A DNA stretch of 64,000 bases from the human T2T-CHM13v2.0 reference genome, Homo sapiens: NCBI RefSeq assembly GCF_009914755.1, contig NC_060925.1, one strand, 5' to 3'. Shown piece after piece: positions 11,100 to 24,215 of the stretch (positions within the stretch are counted from its first letter, which is position 1; every line of letters starts with the position of its first letter). The notes under the pieces are model-generated. The model searched no databases and was not told where the DNA came from. It was given only the letters and a program-made list of their open reading frames with translations. The position numbers and the translations under genes were made by a program.

Positions 11100-14000
11100 T
11101 AGCTCTATCTTCCTTTCTTTCTCCCTCTCTTCCTCTCTTTCATCAGTTTTGCCAGAAATTTGTCAATTTTATTGGTCTTTTTGAAAAGCAAGTTTTTGTT
11201 TCATTGATTTCCCCTATTTTTCTATTTTAAATCTAAAATTAATTTCTGTTTTTATTCTTTTTGCTTGCTTTTGATTTATTTTGGTGGCCTCTTTTTTCAA
11301 TTTTTTGAGAATGGCACTTAAGTTATTATTTTGGGATTTTATCTTAAATTTGGAGATTTTCCTGCTATCTTTCTCTTACTAACATTTAGTTTTATTCCAT
11401 TATGTTCTGAGAAAACATTTCAAATGGTTTCAATTCTTTAAAAATATTTGTGGTTCATGTTACAGCCCAGGATATGGCTTATCTTTGTGAATATACAATA
11501 CTCACTTGAAAAAAAAAGATGTATTCTGCTGTTGTTAGGGTTCATATATGTGAATTCGATCCTCTTGCTTGATTGTACTGTTAAAATCTTTTATATCCTT
11601 ATTGATTTTTTCTCCAGTAGTTCTATCAGTTGCTGAGAGGTGAATTTTGAAGTCCCCAATTATAAGTATGGATTGGTCTCTTTCTTCTTTCAGCTTTGTC
11701 AGAATCTGCTTTATGTATTTTGACACTCCATTGTTTGATGCATACATACTTGGATTGTTTTTTCTTCCTGAAGAATTGATTCTTTTATTATTACATAATG
11801 TTCCTCTGTGTTTCTAGTAATCTTTTCTCTGAAGTAAACTTTATCATATTTTGATATTAATGAGGCAATTCCTGCTTTTATATGATTAATATCTGTTTAG
11901 TTATAAAAATTTTTTTACATTCAATCTATATTGTTAAATTTAAAGTCAGTTTCTTGTAAACAGCATATAATTGGGTCCTTTATTTCAATTCACGTAGCCA
12001 ATTTCTGCCTTTTAATTGACCTATTTAGACTATCTACATTTAAGGTAGTTATTGATATGTTTGATTTTAGTCTGTCACTTTATTATTTGTTTTCTCTTTG
12101 TTTCCACTATTTCTTGCCCTTCTGTTTATCTTTTCTTGCCTTCTCATGGACTACTTGAATATTTTCCAGGATTCCATATTAATTTCTTTAGTATTTTTAT
12201 GTGTTTCTTTTTCTATAGTTTTCTTAGTGCTATATTTATTATAATATACATATGCAACTTGTCACAGTCGACTGATACCAGCTTTTTTTTTTTACTTCAA
12301 ATAAAATTTGGAACCTACTTTCATTTATGTTCCTTTATATTATCACTTTAAAATGTGATTGCCTTGAATATCAGGTGGTATTACATTTTTTGTTTCAGTC
12401 AAGTATGCTTTATAGAATTTCATGGTATGTACTCATATTTCTGCTCTTTTCATTGTTTTTCAATCATGACTCACCAAGATTCCTACTTTCTGTTAGAAGA
12501 AAAACTTTCTTTAGCCATTATTTAAAGGTAGGTCAGCTAGTGACAAACTCCTTTAGTTTTCCATCTCCTGAAAATGTCTTTATTGCCCCTTCAATCCTAC
12601 AAGATAGTTTCTCTAAACATAGAATTTGTGGTTGACAGTTCTTTTCTTTCATCACTTGGAAAAGGTTCCACTTTTTTTGGCTTCTGTGGTTTCAGAGAAG
12701 AAATTTGTTGTCGTTGAATTATTTTCTCCCTCTAGGTAATACACTGTTTCTTTCCAAATGATCTCAATACTTTCCTCTTGGCATTTACTTTCCAGAACTT
12801 TAATTATTATATCTCTGGTTGTGAATTTCTTCGGGTTTATCCTATTTTGAATTTGTTCAGATTCTTAAATTTATGTCTTTCACCAAATTTGGCAAGTTTT
12901 CAGATATTATTTCTTCAAATACTCTTTCTGCCCATTCTCTTTCTCTTCACCTTCTGGGATATCCACTGTTGGAACTTTATTATTGTACAGGTCCCTGAAG
13001 ATCTATTCACCTTTTTTCCAGTCTTTTTTCTCTCTATTGTTCAAACTGGGTAAATTAAATTGATCTATATTCAAGTTCTCCAATTCTATCCTCTGTCATC
13101 TCAACTCTACTATTGAATACATCTGGCAAATATTAAAATTTCTATGATTCTGTATTTTAGTTCTATAATCTTCATGTGGTTTTGGATTTTTCAACTTTTT
13201 TTAATATGATTTTTTTGATTCCTCATTTTTTTGAAGCATTTTTATAATGGTTGTTTTAAAGTCCTTGTCAGATAATTTTAACATTTCTATCATCTTGGTG
13301 TTGGCATCATTTGATTGTGTTTTGACACTCAGGTTGTGATATTTCTGGTTCTTATTTTAGCATGTGATTTTCCATTGTATCTTGAACATTTTGGCTATAA
13401 TGTTAGGAAATTCTGGATCTTATTTAAATCTTTTATTTTAGCAGGCTGTTTCCTTGTTCAGGTTCAGCAGAACCTGGCCTTTTATCATGAGCTGTGGTTC
13501 CAATGACAAATTTCTTTTTAGAACTTTTGGTATGCTACTTTGTTCTGCTTGGTGTATATGGTGCAGGTGAGACTCCTATTGGTCCTTGCTCAGGAGGTGC
13601 AAGGATCCTAGGCTGCCTGAATCTAGGTGGGGAAGGGAGTATCAGTCCCACTGGGAGAAATAGGCTTCCCAGTCTAGGCCATTCGTTCTGCTGAAAACTT
13701 CTCTTCATAGTGCTGCCTGGCTACCTGGTGTCTCTAAGTAAGAGAGGCAAGTTGTAAGCCTAGGGAGATAGGGAGACCAAGGAGCTTTTTGGCCTGTCCA
13801 CATGTTGTAGCTGAATCCCCCTTGCAGGTCCTCCCTGGCTGTCTAGTATCTCGTAGTGGTGAGGATATTTTCAGGCCCAGCAGTGAAATAGAGTGTTTTT
13901 TATGCAGAGTGCATGTCGTGGCTGGATCCACCTTGACAGTTGCTTAACCACGTGGTGTCTTTAGGTGGAGGAGGATAGGGGCCCCTCAGTCTTATGGGGA

Positions 14001-14480
14001 CGAAGAAGCTACCTGGGCAAGGCCACTTGTGGCAGAATTTCCCTTGCTGTTGACCTTCCTCCTTTCCTTCTACTTCTACCTACTGCTTGGTGTTTCTGAG
14101 TAGAGGAGGAGAATGCTTCTTGAGGCCACTTATTGTCAGTAAGGCTCCTGATCCATCCCCCTGACAGTGCTGCCAGGCTTGCCCTATATTGTTGGCAGGA
14201 TTCTCATTCAGTATGGAAAATGAATAAGTCTACCTGAGCCACCTTCTGTTGCTAGGTTGGGGATGAGGAAGCATGGAATCTGGGTAACCTTCTGCTAAGT
14301 GGGTTTGTTGGAGGTACTGCCACTGTGTATTCCTCCAGAACTGGGATCCCTAAGCAGTTTGAATTCCTATTTCTACTTTTTAGGGTTCTTTTTTGGTCAC
14401 CTCTTAAATTATTTCCAAGGTTGATAATTATACTTAGTGGAGAGGAAACAAGCCTATACCATCTTGTCTGGACAATAAGT
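11100..14480 (-). mobile_element. Old L1 (L1MC/MD-like) ORF2 5' part, ORF1 and 5' region
   Basis: ORF 11535-11747 (YASNNGVSKYIKQILTKLK...IIGDF) is an L1 endonuclease remnant; antisense L1 text throughout. Confidence 0.8.
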
Positions 14481-16106
14481 CACTAATTAATAGTGTAGAT
14501 ACAATTCCTAGAAATAAATGTATTATTTGTTAAATTATCTTTAGGAGATGTGGGGTTGTCTGGAACATACAAATATACTAAATTACTTGTAGGGAATTGC
14601 TCATAACAAATGAGCTGAGATGCTGCTTGTTGTGAAACATACCACTTTACACAAATATGCTTCTAATCATGCATTGATATGTAACTAGAACAGAATTGAC
14701 ATATAGTAGGTGCTCAAGAAATACATGTTGAATGAATAAAATAATGGGTAAAAATTAAGGACTCTCATCCCCAATTTTATTTGATAATTCAGATGGTTTA
14801 AGTAAAGTTTAGATGGTTTGAAATAAATATCACATACATTTTTGCTAGATTTGCCTAGTTATTTCTTTTTCTGATTCTGAACACAGGAAAATCCTTTGTA
14901 AATCTGTAGTTAACACATCAAGAAGAAAATCTAAATGTGCCATAACATTGTACTAAACACCGGAGAGTTCTTGAAGAATGAATAATAAGGGTAGCTCCTG
15001 AGATCCCGAGACTTCATGCAGAAGAGATTGAGGAGCATCTGTGGTTTGGTGGATTGGTCCAGCTCAGGTCCAACCTTAGCCAAATAGTAATATTAATTAG
15101 CAGTAACTTCAGGATGACCTGAATCAGGGACTTCAGGTGGTGGTATGATCTGACCAACGGAGGACAGAGTTCAGACTGATGGCCCCTTCCCGGGAGAGTG
15201 CCCTTTGTTTTGTGAAAACACCAGGCTGCATGCAGATGCCTCTACAAGGAAGATAAGAATGTACCAAATGTACCATCTCACACCAAGCTTACATGCTTCT
15301 CCCAGTTGACCCAAATAACCCCCCTTTACTTCTGAGCTCTGAGGTTATCCCTGAGAAGTTGCTGCTATAACTCCTCATTGTTCCTCCTCTGTAATGTACT
15401 ATTTTCCCTTTTCATCTCTTGAGGTGCATTTCCTTTATCAGGCTAGCAAAGCAGTCACAGCCCTTTTCTGAGTGGGCACCACTGTTGATCATCTCTTGAA
15501 TCTCTTGTTCCGGGAGACAGCTGGGTCACCCAGAGCATTCATGGCCCCTTCCCAGGGACCTGATTTTCGTCCTTGACAGCAGACCCGAGCCAGAGGCTTA
15601 GTCTTTCTGCATTCCACTGCTGATGAGCTCCAGCATGAGAAATTAGTGGGGAATGGCACAGGCCTCTGTCTACAGACTTCAAACACTAACAGCAGATGAG
15701 GCCTGGTGTTGGTTAAGGGCCATTTGCAATTGCAACTCTTTGTCTCAGCTGTACTTTTTTATGTTTCACATTACCCATTCTGCTCCGCCTCCCTCTCACA
15801 TTCCCTGGAGATGGATTGTGCAGGCAGACACTGTCTGCAGTACCTCAGTGGGAGATGGAGGCCTGCCTTCACATTGCACATGTGGTGTATTTTTTTTTTC
15901 AATGTGAGGAGGCTACAAGTGACCCCTCATCAGTTGGACATTATGCTATTTTTCTGCCATGGCAATAGGCAGGGCTCAGCCCTTAGCACTTTCTGTCTTG
16001 GCCCTCTTCTAACCAATAGTGTATTTAGTGAGCCTACAGTATCTACCTGAAGAATAGAGGAATTCGTTGTGCAAAGGCTGGGGTTTCATGCAGGAATCTC
16101 AACTGT

Positions 16107-16911
16107 TGAAATGGGAAAAATTCCCTAATCCCCCTTGCAGGGCGTGCCATGGGAGTGTGGCTTGCTTCTTTGGTGCCCCACAGCTCAAACCCCTAGGGGG
16201 AACATGCAGACGGGCAGACCAATTGTGGGGAATGTGGGCTCCGTCCTCAAGGCAGCATCTAGGGTTGAGTGTCTACAGCTCCCAAAGCCCCAGTGGGCAT
16301 GTGTTACTGTGTGCTCTTTCAGTTCAGCTGTCTGCAGGTGGCTTGTGTTAATCAGCTCAATTAGACCCTCTGCCTTATCGCAAAGGCAGAGGGCTTTCTC
16401 CATCCCAGTTTCTTGCCTTGGTGTACCAGAAAAATCAGATCACATGTGGGCTTGGAGGATAGGTGCAAGGTTTTATTGAGTGGAGGTAGCCCTCAGCCAG
16501 GTGAAAGGGAGGCCAGAAGGGGGACAGAGTAGGCAGTTGGTCTTCCCCTGGAGTCAGGCCGCCTAACATCCAGACTCTCCTCCAACTGCCCCTGACTGAA
16601 TTTCATGTCGCCCCGTTGCTTACGGCCTGCCGGCATCTGCTGGTGTCTGTCAGTGTGCTCATCTGCTCCACTGTTCCTCTCAACATCCAGCTGCTTGTGT
16701 ATGTGCCCACTAGGGTCTCAGGGTTTTTATAGGCACAGGATTGGGGGCATGGCGGGCCAGAGTGGTCTTGGAAAATGCAACATTTGGGCGTGAAAACAGG
16801 AGTGCCTGTCCTGTCCTCCCCTAGGTCTGTGGGCACAGGCCCGAGGGTGGAGCCCTCACCAGGGACCCTGCCCCTCTCTACCCAGCACTTCCCTGCCCTC
16901 CTCCCATATCA
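16107..16911 (-). mobile_element. LTR1/MER52-family ERV1 solo LTR
   Basis: Reverse complement starts TGATATGGGAGGAGGGCAGGGAAGTGCTGGGTAGAG, has a TATA box (CCTATAAAAA) and ends TTTCA; GC-rich, ~800 bp. Confidence 0.85.
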
Positions 16912-17949
16912 GTGAGCAGAGCCACACCAGAAACATATCTTTCGATGGACAACCACATTTCAGAGATGGAATGCTAAGTTCTGGATTAATTATTCCTTCA
17001 TAGCCAGGGGAAAATGGACAGCTGCCTGCAGATCCTCCCAAGGTGGCTGGACTGAGTCTGTGGGCCAAGCTGCATGGCGACTGGGCTCAGTTGGTCAGAG
17101 GTCGTCTGAAGTTGTCAAAAGGATTTTCCCTTTTGACATATGCTGCTCCTTTCCTTACCTTACCATTTCCTAGAATTTTAGCTTGAAAAGTTCTTATGGA
17201 ACTGCAAGGACATTTTGGGAATAAATTCTTAAGAAAGATACTCTCAGGTTGTGAGAAATGTGTTGGAGGAAGGGAAAAGTTAGCTACAGCATAAATATGG
17301 TTCATTTTACTGAAAAAAAGTCAATGTTACTCAAAGTTTTTTTTTTTCCATTTTGAAATAATGTTTTGAAACATGAGGATATATTATGGAGTCACATGGA
17401 GAACTTACCTGCATTTCAGTGATAAAACAGGATACTTCAACAGCTTTTAGACTTGACTTTAGGTTGAGTTGAGCTACATCCCCTGGGATGCTAGCCATTG
17501 TACCCCATCATAGGGTGCAGAAGCAGAGCACCAACGAAACACCTGGCCTGTGCCTCTTGAGGAATGACCAGCTCAGAGATGGGGACCTCTGTGGGGCTGA
17601 TGGAGACTGGAGGTAGGAAAGAGGACCCACAAGAGAGGGGATATTGCTGTAATAAAGCACTAAGAAAAACATGAGAATGAGCTCATTAAAAGCTTATCAC
17701 TTAGAGGTTGCATGTCTAGAAACCTGGCATAGGAGTTCACTAATGAATGGCTCTGTGTGCATTATTTCACAATGAAAATGATCAAGACTCAATCATGAAA
17801 TGAATCTTTCACTAAATCTGCCTTTTCAGAGAGATTCTGGGTATAAAAGATGAGTCGGCATTATTATAGAATTCCATATAGGATGTGTAATATGTGTTTC
17901 ATGATACCCTATATTATCTTCTTTAACCTCCAAGATAAGTAGGGACATA

Positions 17950-18025
17950 AAGCCACTTTAGAGATGAAGAAACTGAGGTTAAAGGGGTTAAGAAACTTGC
18001 TCAAGGTGACCTGGCTGGATATAGC
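17950..18025 (-). mobile_element. MIR fragment
   Basis: agatgaagaaactgaggttaaaggggttaagaaacttgctcaaggt MIR core. Confidence 0.7.
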
Positions 18026-20589
18026 AGAGCAGATACCATGATTCCAGTTTCCTTGTGTTTTTTTATCCTGCTTTTCTTCACTATTCTGCATAGCCTCAAA
18101 CTAAAAAGTGCATGGCAGTATGCTTCCATGGCATGCAACTTAGAACATCTTTCGCTTATTAAAGATATAAATATGAATTTGTATGAAGAATGCAGTGAAG
18201 AATTTAGAGATGCTAATAATTGTTTACTTGGCATTTTGCAATATATACGTGGAACTTAACAAGCTTTGAAACCTAGGTTTGCATCTAGGTCTAGGGTCTA
18301 GGTAAGACCTAAAAGTTTTTGCAACATTCTGCTTTCTCACAGAAATGCAGCTAGGATTTCCATTTGACACCATAATGTATTCTGACGTTTTAACATAAAA
18401 TTTTCAAGACAAAAAAAAATCTTCAGGTCCTATTGACTTTTTTCAGTAAAATTTGTCCTTGAGGGCTTTTGTGTGTGAAATAAGCAGCCATTTACACTTG
18501 GGTAGAGGAGAGGGAGAAGAGCACGGTGGCCTCTTACCCTTGGAAACTATTGGAAGGAACCGCTCAAAGACATCCTATGTGCTGCTTTCAATGACTACAT
18601 TGGGAGGGTGCTTTGCGTGGTCTAGAGTAGTAGGCCCTCCCACTTCCTTCTGTGCCAACAGCCATGGCTGGGATGCCCATCTCTACAGAGCTCAGATCTT
18701 GGCACCAATCTGTGGTCTGGCTACCAACCTACCACCTGCCCAAGTGACAAATGTAGCCTGAAGAGTAGAAATTGAGGACCTCAAAGCAAAGTATCAACAG
18801 AAGGTGGATCAGAACTCAACTCTGCTGATTTCTAGCCCAGTCTTGCCTTCACTTGGTTTTATGGTCCTCAGAGATTTAAAGCAAAGTGACCTAAACCCAA
18901 GAAATGTTCTTCCCTCCAAAGCAATGTCTGAGGATTAGCCTCTAAATTAAGAAATGTTCCTTCATTTGAAATAATCATTACAGCGGAAGGAGTCCTTGAT
19001 TTGAACATGGATATGACACTCATTAAAAATTTTATTCTTTCTCCCTCTTTTTAAAATCTGGGTAAATCTGTTTCTCTTTACATTTCTAAATCAGAGGTTG
19101 TATGATAGATTTTTCATAAGGCTCCTCTTAGCCAATGAAACTTTCTCTGGCTCATTGTTATTGTAAAATTTTTTTTCCACTTAACATGCACTTATTTGAA
19201 AAACAAATCTTGAAATTTTGGCCATTAGGCTTACTGCCTATAAATTTGTCTGCTTGCAGAGACCCTCTCAGGGGTACCCTGCAGGTGCCAAAGTCCTAGC
19301 AGCTGTGGCAGTTACACACTGATGAATTTAGGGAATGGAATGGACTTCAGATCCAAGATGACCAATGAGATACACTTTACAACTCAAGCTGAAGCTTATG
19401 CTAGAAATTAAAAGGCCTTTATAGATGGCTTTTGTTTTCCCCCTGAGTCTTCTAAATCAGGAAGACAGCTTGCAGCAGCCTGCATATTGGTTATTTCTTG
19501 CATGGCATGGCTCCTGAAAAACCAGAGAGCCAACACATTTGCCCTAGTTAGGTATAGAACGAAGAGGAGAGAGTGTTGCTAAGAGGCTGCAGTGGAGGTC
19601 AGACCCCTGCAGAAGAAGGTAGATGGCTTTTCCAAGTAGATTTTGGCACCTGTACATGTTGCCTGCATTTCTAAACACTCTTGGTGACATATTTTGCTAA
19701 GGTGGCAGCTCTAACAGACATAATAGTGTATGACGTAGCACGAGTCTGGCTATTGTTCAAAGCAGACCAAATAAAAATATAAGCAAACAACTCCCCTGTG
19801 GTGTAGACAATTTATAAGTCAGTAAGGAAAAATGTGATAATAAAATTGAAGATGTGGTCCTATTGCTAGTGGGACCCTGATTTGTAGTAATTATGGAGAT
19901 TTCCTTGACTTTATCAGCATGCTGTTAGCACATGTACACTCTTACACAGTAACAGGGCCTCTCAGTGTTCAGGCGCTCCTCCATGTCCTAATCACAACTA
20001 TAATTAAAAGTGACGTAAAAAGCAACTGAAAGCATTTTATTTTGAGGGGGAGAAGCAAATAGTTTGTCTTCTTTATTTTAAATATTTTAATCCTTTAAAA
20101 TAACCTTATTGAAAAAAATAAACTTACTGAGAAATAACCTCATTAATTCATCATATGACCTGAAAAACAAAACCCGTCTTTAAGGTTCTCATATTATCCT
20201 TCCAAAATTCTTTACAGCACTTTATAAGCCACCATCCATCAGTGCAGAACATGTGGCGCTGGTGTTAGCAGAGCGTGCAATGCCTTTGGAACATTCTCTG
20301 TACAGCAGCCTTGCCTGTAAGGGTCAGTAAGGAGGACAGCTCTTGAAGACTCTATGCGAGGTCTTTGAAGAGTTGCATGTTTACTAGCAGCAGTAAAACA
20401 GAGAAAAGGGGAAATGTTAAGGAAGCTCTAGATGGCTGAACTCCCAGGAACAAGAAAGTCTGGATCTTGAGCATAAATTTCCTCAGAAAAGGACTTTGAA
20501 GTTTGTTTCAATCTGTGAAATTCTAGTAACGGTCTAAATTTGCTCCTTAACATCTGGTGTAGATAATTACAGCAAATGGTTTGGATATG

Positions 20590-21100
20590 TCCATTTGTTC
20601 ATTAATCCACTCATTTACTGGAGATGGTTTTATTGAAAGCCTCCTATTATAAGAAAATGGCCTTTAGCACTTCATGGAATAGAAAAGTGAGTAAGGTGGT
20701 CATTGCCCTCAAAGACCTTTTTCTGTCTTAGGGAGGGGGGAATCCATAAGTACATAATGGTAATGTATAGTACCCTGAGATAAACATCAAACGCTGTATC
20801 TGACTCATAGATAAAATGAGGGGGGATGGTATATCATTGGGACTGATTTAATGAAAGGAATCATGAAAGGGTTTTCATTACAGCTGATGAATATGTCTGG
20901 GTACTGTAGCTGAACAGGTCAGGAAGTGTGGGAAGATATTCCAGGCAAAAAGTCAACCCAGATAAAAGTATATGAGTGGCTAAATGCAAGGCAGGTTTGG
21001 GAACAGTGAAAAGTTCAATTAGATTAAGTCATGCAGTAGGTGTCGTAGTGAGTGATAAAATTACATAGGTAATTTAGTGCTAATATTATAGAAGACATTG
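20590..21100 (-). mobile_element. L2 fragment
   Basis: catttgttcattaatccactcattt...gatattccaggcaaaa. Confidence 0.55.
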
Positions 21101-21649
21101 TCGAAAGTGCTCAGGGTGATTTAATTCCCCAGCCAAGTATTGGGAGGAACATTTTTAAGACTGCAAGAACAGGTAGAAAATAGTGCACTCCTATATTAAA
21201 AATAACTCCTTATTTCAGGGACAACTTCTAGTCTGTTACTTTGTGTAGCTGGATCTCAACTTGTTAATTCATCCAATCGGGTTTCCCAGCTCTACTACCC
21301 TTCTCCAGAACTTTCTTTATACGGAATGACTGACACTCTAACTCTCTCAACTGAAGGAACCATGTCCCTTCTTTCTTCCACTTCATCTATTCATGATTCT
21401 CCACTGACCATTGTAAATCATGATCTAGTCATGTGTAGCCTCTAATGACATTCCACTGTTCAGTCCCCCCATCTGCATACAAAGTAATGAGTGCTCAAAA
21501 GAAGGACTCGTCCAGGACTACGGAGCTAGTAACTGTTACAGCCAAGAAACTCTCAGATTACAAAGTCATGGTTAGCCTTTGAATTGCCCAGGAAATTGAT
21601 ATTCCTGGTTGTCCCATCATCTGTATTATCTGATTCATTGTTTCTTTCT

Positions 21650-21800
21650 TTTACTTATTCATTTATTAATTTAGTAAAGTTTTACTGAACACTTAATATG
21701 TTCTAGCCCTGAGTTAAATGCTGAGGATATAACAGTGAACTAGATTAATTTAGTTTCTACTCTCATGGGTATTAACAGACCATTTGGAAAGACAGGCATA
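21650..21800 (-). mobile_element. L2 3' fragment
   Basis: ttattcatttattaatt...ttactgaacacttaatatgttctagccctg...gctgaggatataacagtgaac. Confidence 0.65.
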
Positions 21801-23534
21801 TAATTTTATTTATAATTATATGAATAAAAGAGTACTCACTTTCAGGCCCCAGCTGCCAAAACTCCAGTGAACCCTCTGGGCCAAGGATTTCAGGCCAGCC
21901 CGCTCTGATTTTCTTCTTCCCCTACCAGTCACTCTCTACTGGAATTCCCTCACTGAAATTTGTCCAGTTTCTGATTCCTTCCCATAGAACTGGATGCTCT
22001 GGGCCTCCCTAGATGTATTAATTAAGTCATATAACATAAAAATACTGATAATAAGAAAATGGAAGAAGCAGTAAGCATGCTTATCTGAATATTTCAGGCT
22101 GACAAAAATGGAAATGTGAAGATGACAAGTTCAGAATTCAGCTAAGTTTTGATGATTTCAAGAAGGCAGAATCAAATTCCACCCATGGTGCTTTTGCAGA
22201 ACTGATTTAGAAACAGGTCAACTAAGTTTAAAACTTAGGGCAACATAAAGAGACTCTACCACGTCCAGAGTGAGCCTCCTGAAGATGGGCTGGGGATCTT
22301 AGGATTACTAACCTATGGGAAGAAAGTCTAAAGTTAAATGATGATTTATTTTTGAAAAAAAATGTAAATCCTGACCTTCATACAATCATAAAGTGAACAT
22401 GTGTCAAAGATTTTATTTAACTTATGATTGAGGGAAATAGTAAGGTGTTCAAAAACTTGTTTAAAGGAGACTCCCAGGAGCAGACACATACATAGGCAAT
22501 CAGTGATACTGAAATTAATTTGTGTAATAGATGCAAAATTGGCTTATTACACAGGCCCAAGGCTACATCAGTTGTACCTCCATTGGGCAAAATTCACTTG
22601 CATTTCTATGAATTAGAATAATTTGCATAAATATCAGTTTTCTAAAACTTACAGAGTTGAAAGTAGCTCAAAGACAATGAAAAGTGCAGACCTTTACAGA
22701 ATGAGGTGACCTGCAAGGGTACAAAAGCAACACTTAGTTTTCTATTGAAAAGGCATTCAGTAATCTTTTTGGTTTATTTAAATGGCTTTCACAATTTTTG
22801 TTTCTAAAAACAAAACTCTCTTCTCCGAGGAGAGGAGAATAGCTCAATGGCTCAGTTACATTTGGCAATGGTTCCTTCTCTGTGTTGGGTGACTCACATA
22901 GAATCTAATGAGAAAACATGAGCCTTACCTCTTGGAAAAGACAGGTATGCAAGTTGATGCATACAAACAAGTACAAGTGTAGTGTAACCTGGATACACTG
23001 GAGTTGGGCAGAATCGGAGGATGAGTAGGGTTGCTTGTTTGAGTGATAACTCCAACCATGAGAAGCCAGGAATCCAGCTCTTCTTAACATGGAATTAACA
23101 AATGACTTTTATAAATAGAAAAGCATACTTGAAACATTATCATTTTAGAGAATGGAAGTGATAAATAAGAACTAGAAGATAGCAGATGTGGACCAGGGAA
23201 AGAAGAACAAATGAAATAAAATAGGAAGCAATGTAGCCTTAAGTACTACATTGTGCATTGTGGTAGAACTGAGTTTGGGGAGAGATAATTGTGTGCTACA
23301 ATATTGAGAGCAATTTGTCCACATGTGGTGAGTGGGAATGGAGTCAAGGGGACTGCATTTGCAAAGAGGAATAATTGACTGGGCACATGTGACAAACAGA
23401 TTTCTGAGTCTGACACATAATAAGCTAAATATGTAACGTATTATTATATAATTACATTAATATTATACAACAGAACCAGCAAAAGGCTGTCCTGGTTAAT
23501 AAAGGAATTATATGTAGGGAATAATAAACACCTA

Positions 23535-23700
23535 CATCTCTATAGCATTTTGTACTTTTACACAAATTTTCTCATTAATAACCTCTAGATATATGTATTG
23601 TTATTTCCGATTTACAGTGGAAGGACTGAAGCTCAAGAAGCTAATGAGTGGCAGAAGCTTCACTTAACCAGGTTCCTTGGATTTTCATCAAACTACAGCA
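23535..23700 (-). mobile_element. MIR fragment
   Basis: tatagcattttgtactttta...tttacagtggaaggactgaagctcaag. Confidence 0.6.
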
Positions 23701-23969
23701 GTTTCTTCTGTACCATGAACCAGTTATTCTATTACACTACCGTGGCCAGATCCTGGATAGAATTCTTTGTGGAACCAGAGGTCAGGTAACATCTACCCAG
23801 GAGCTTAAAACATGAAAACAAAACCCACCAACAAAGTCTAAAAGATCTTCAATTATGTCCTTTAGAGGCCAGAAAGCTGAGGGGAACAGAGTGGGTATCA
23901 CTGTGGCTGAAACACTGAATACAAAGTAATAACCAGCAGAATCCTCTGATGGAAAAATGCAAAATGAGA

Positions 23970-24215
23970 AAATAATAACAAACTTTTTGGGAAGATTGAC
24001 TATGTGCCAGCCACTGACCAGCTACATTGGCTTTCTTATTTTTTCTTCACAGCAAGCCTATGAGATGGGTACTATCATTATCTTCATGTTTTTGATGTAG
24101 AAACTGAGACACAGATGTCAGCTAAGTCCCCAAGGTCCACGTCCTGTAAATGGTAGAGCTGAGACTGGGACCCAGGTCTGTTCAGTTTAAAATCCTCCAC
24201 TATTCACCACTCTAC
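23970..24215 (-). mobile_element. MIR
   Basis: actatgtgccag...cacagcaagcctatgagatgggtactatcattatc...gaaactgagacacaga. Confidence 0.8.

Noticed and set aside
15179-15553. 13-mer ATGGCCCCTTCCC repeated 362 bp apart, and the nearby GCAGACA-C-TGTCTGC palindrome at 15824
   Set aside because: Short matches like these are expected by chance in 64 kb.
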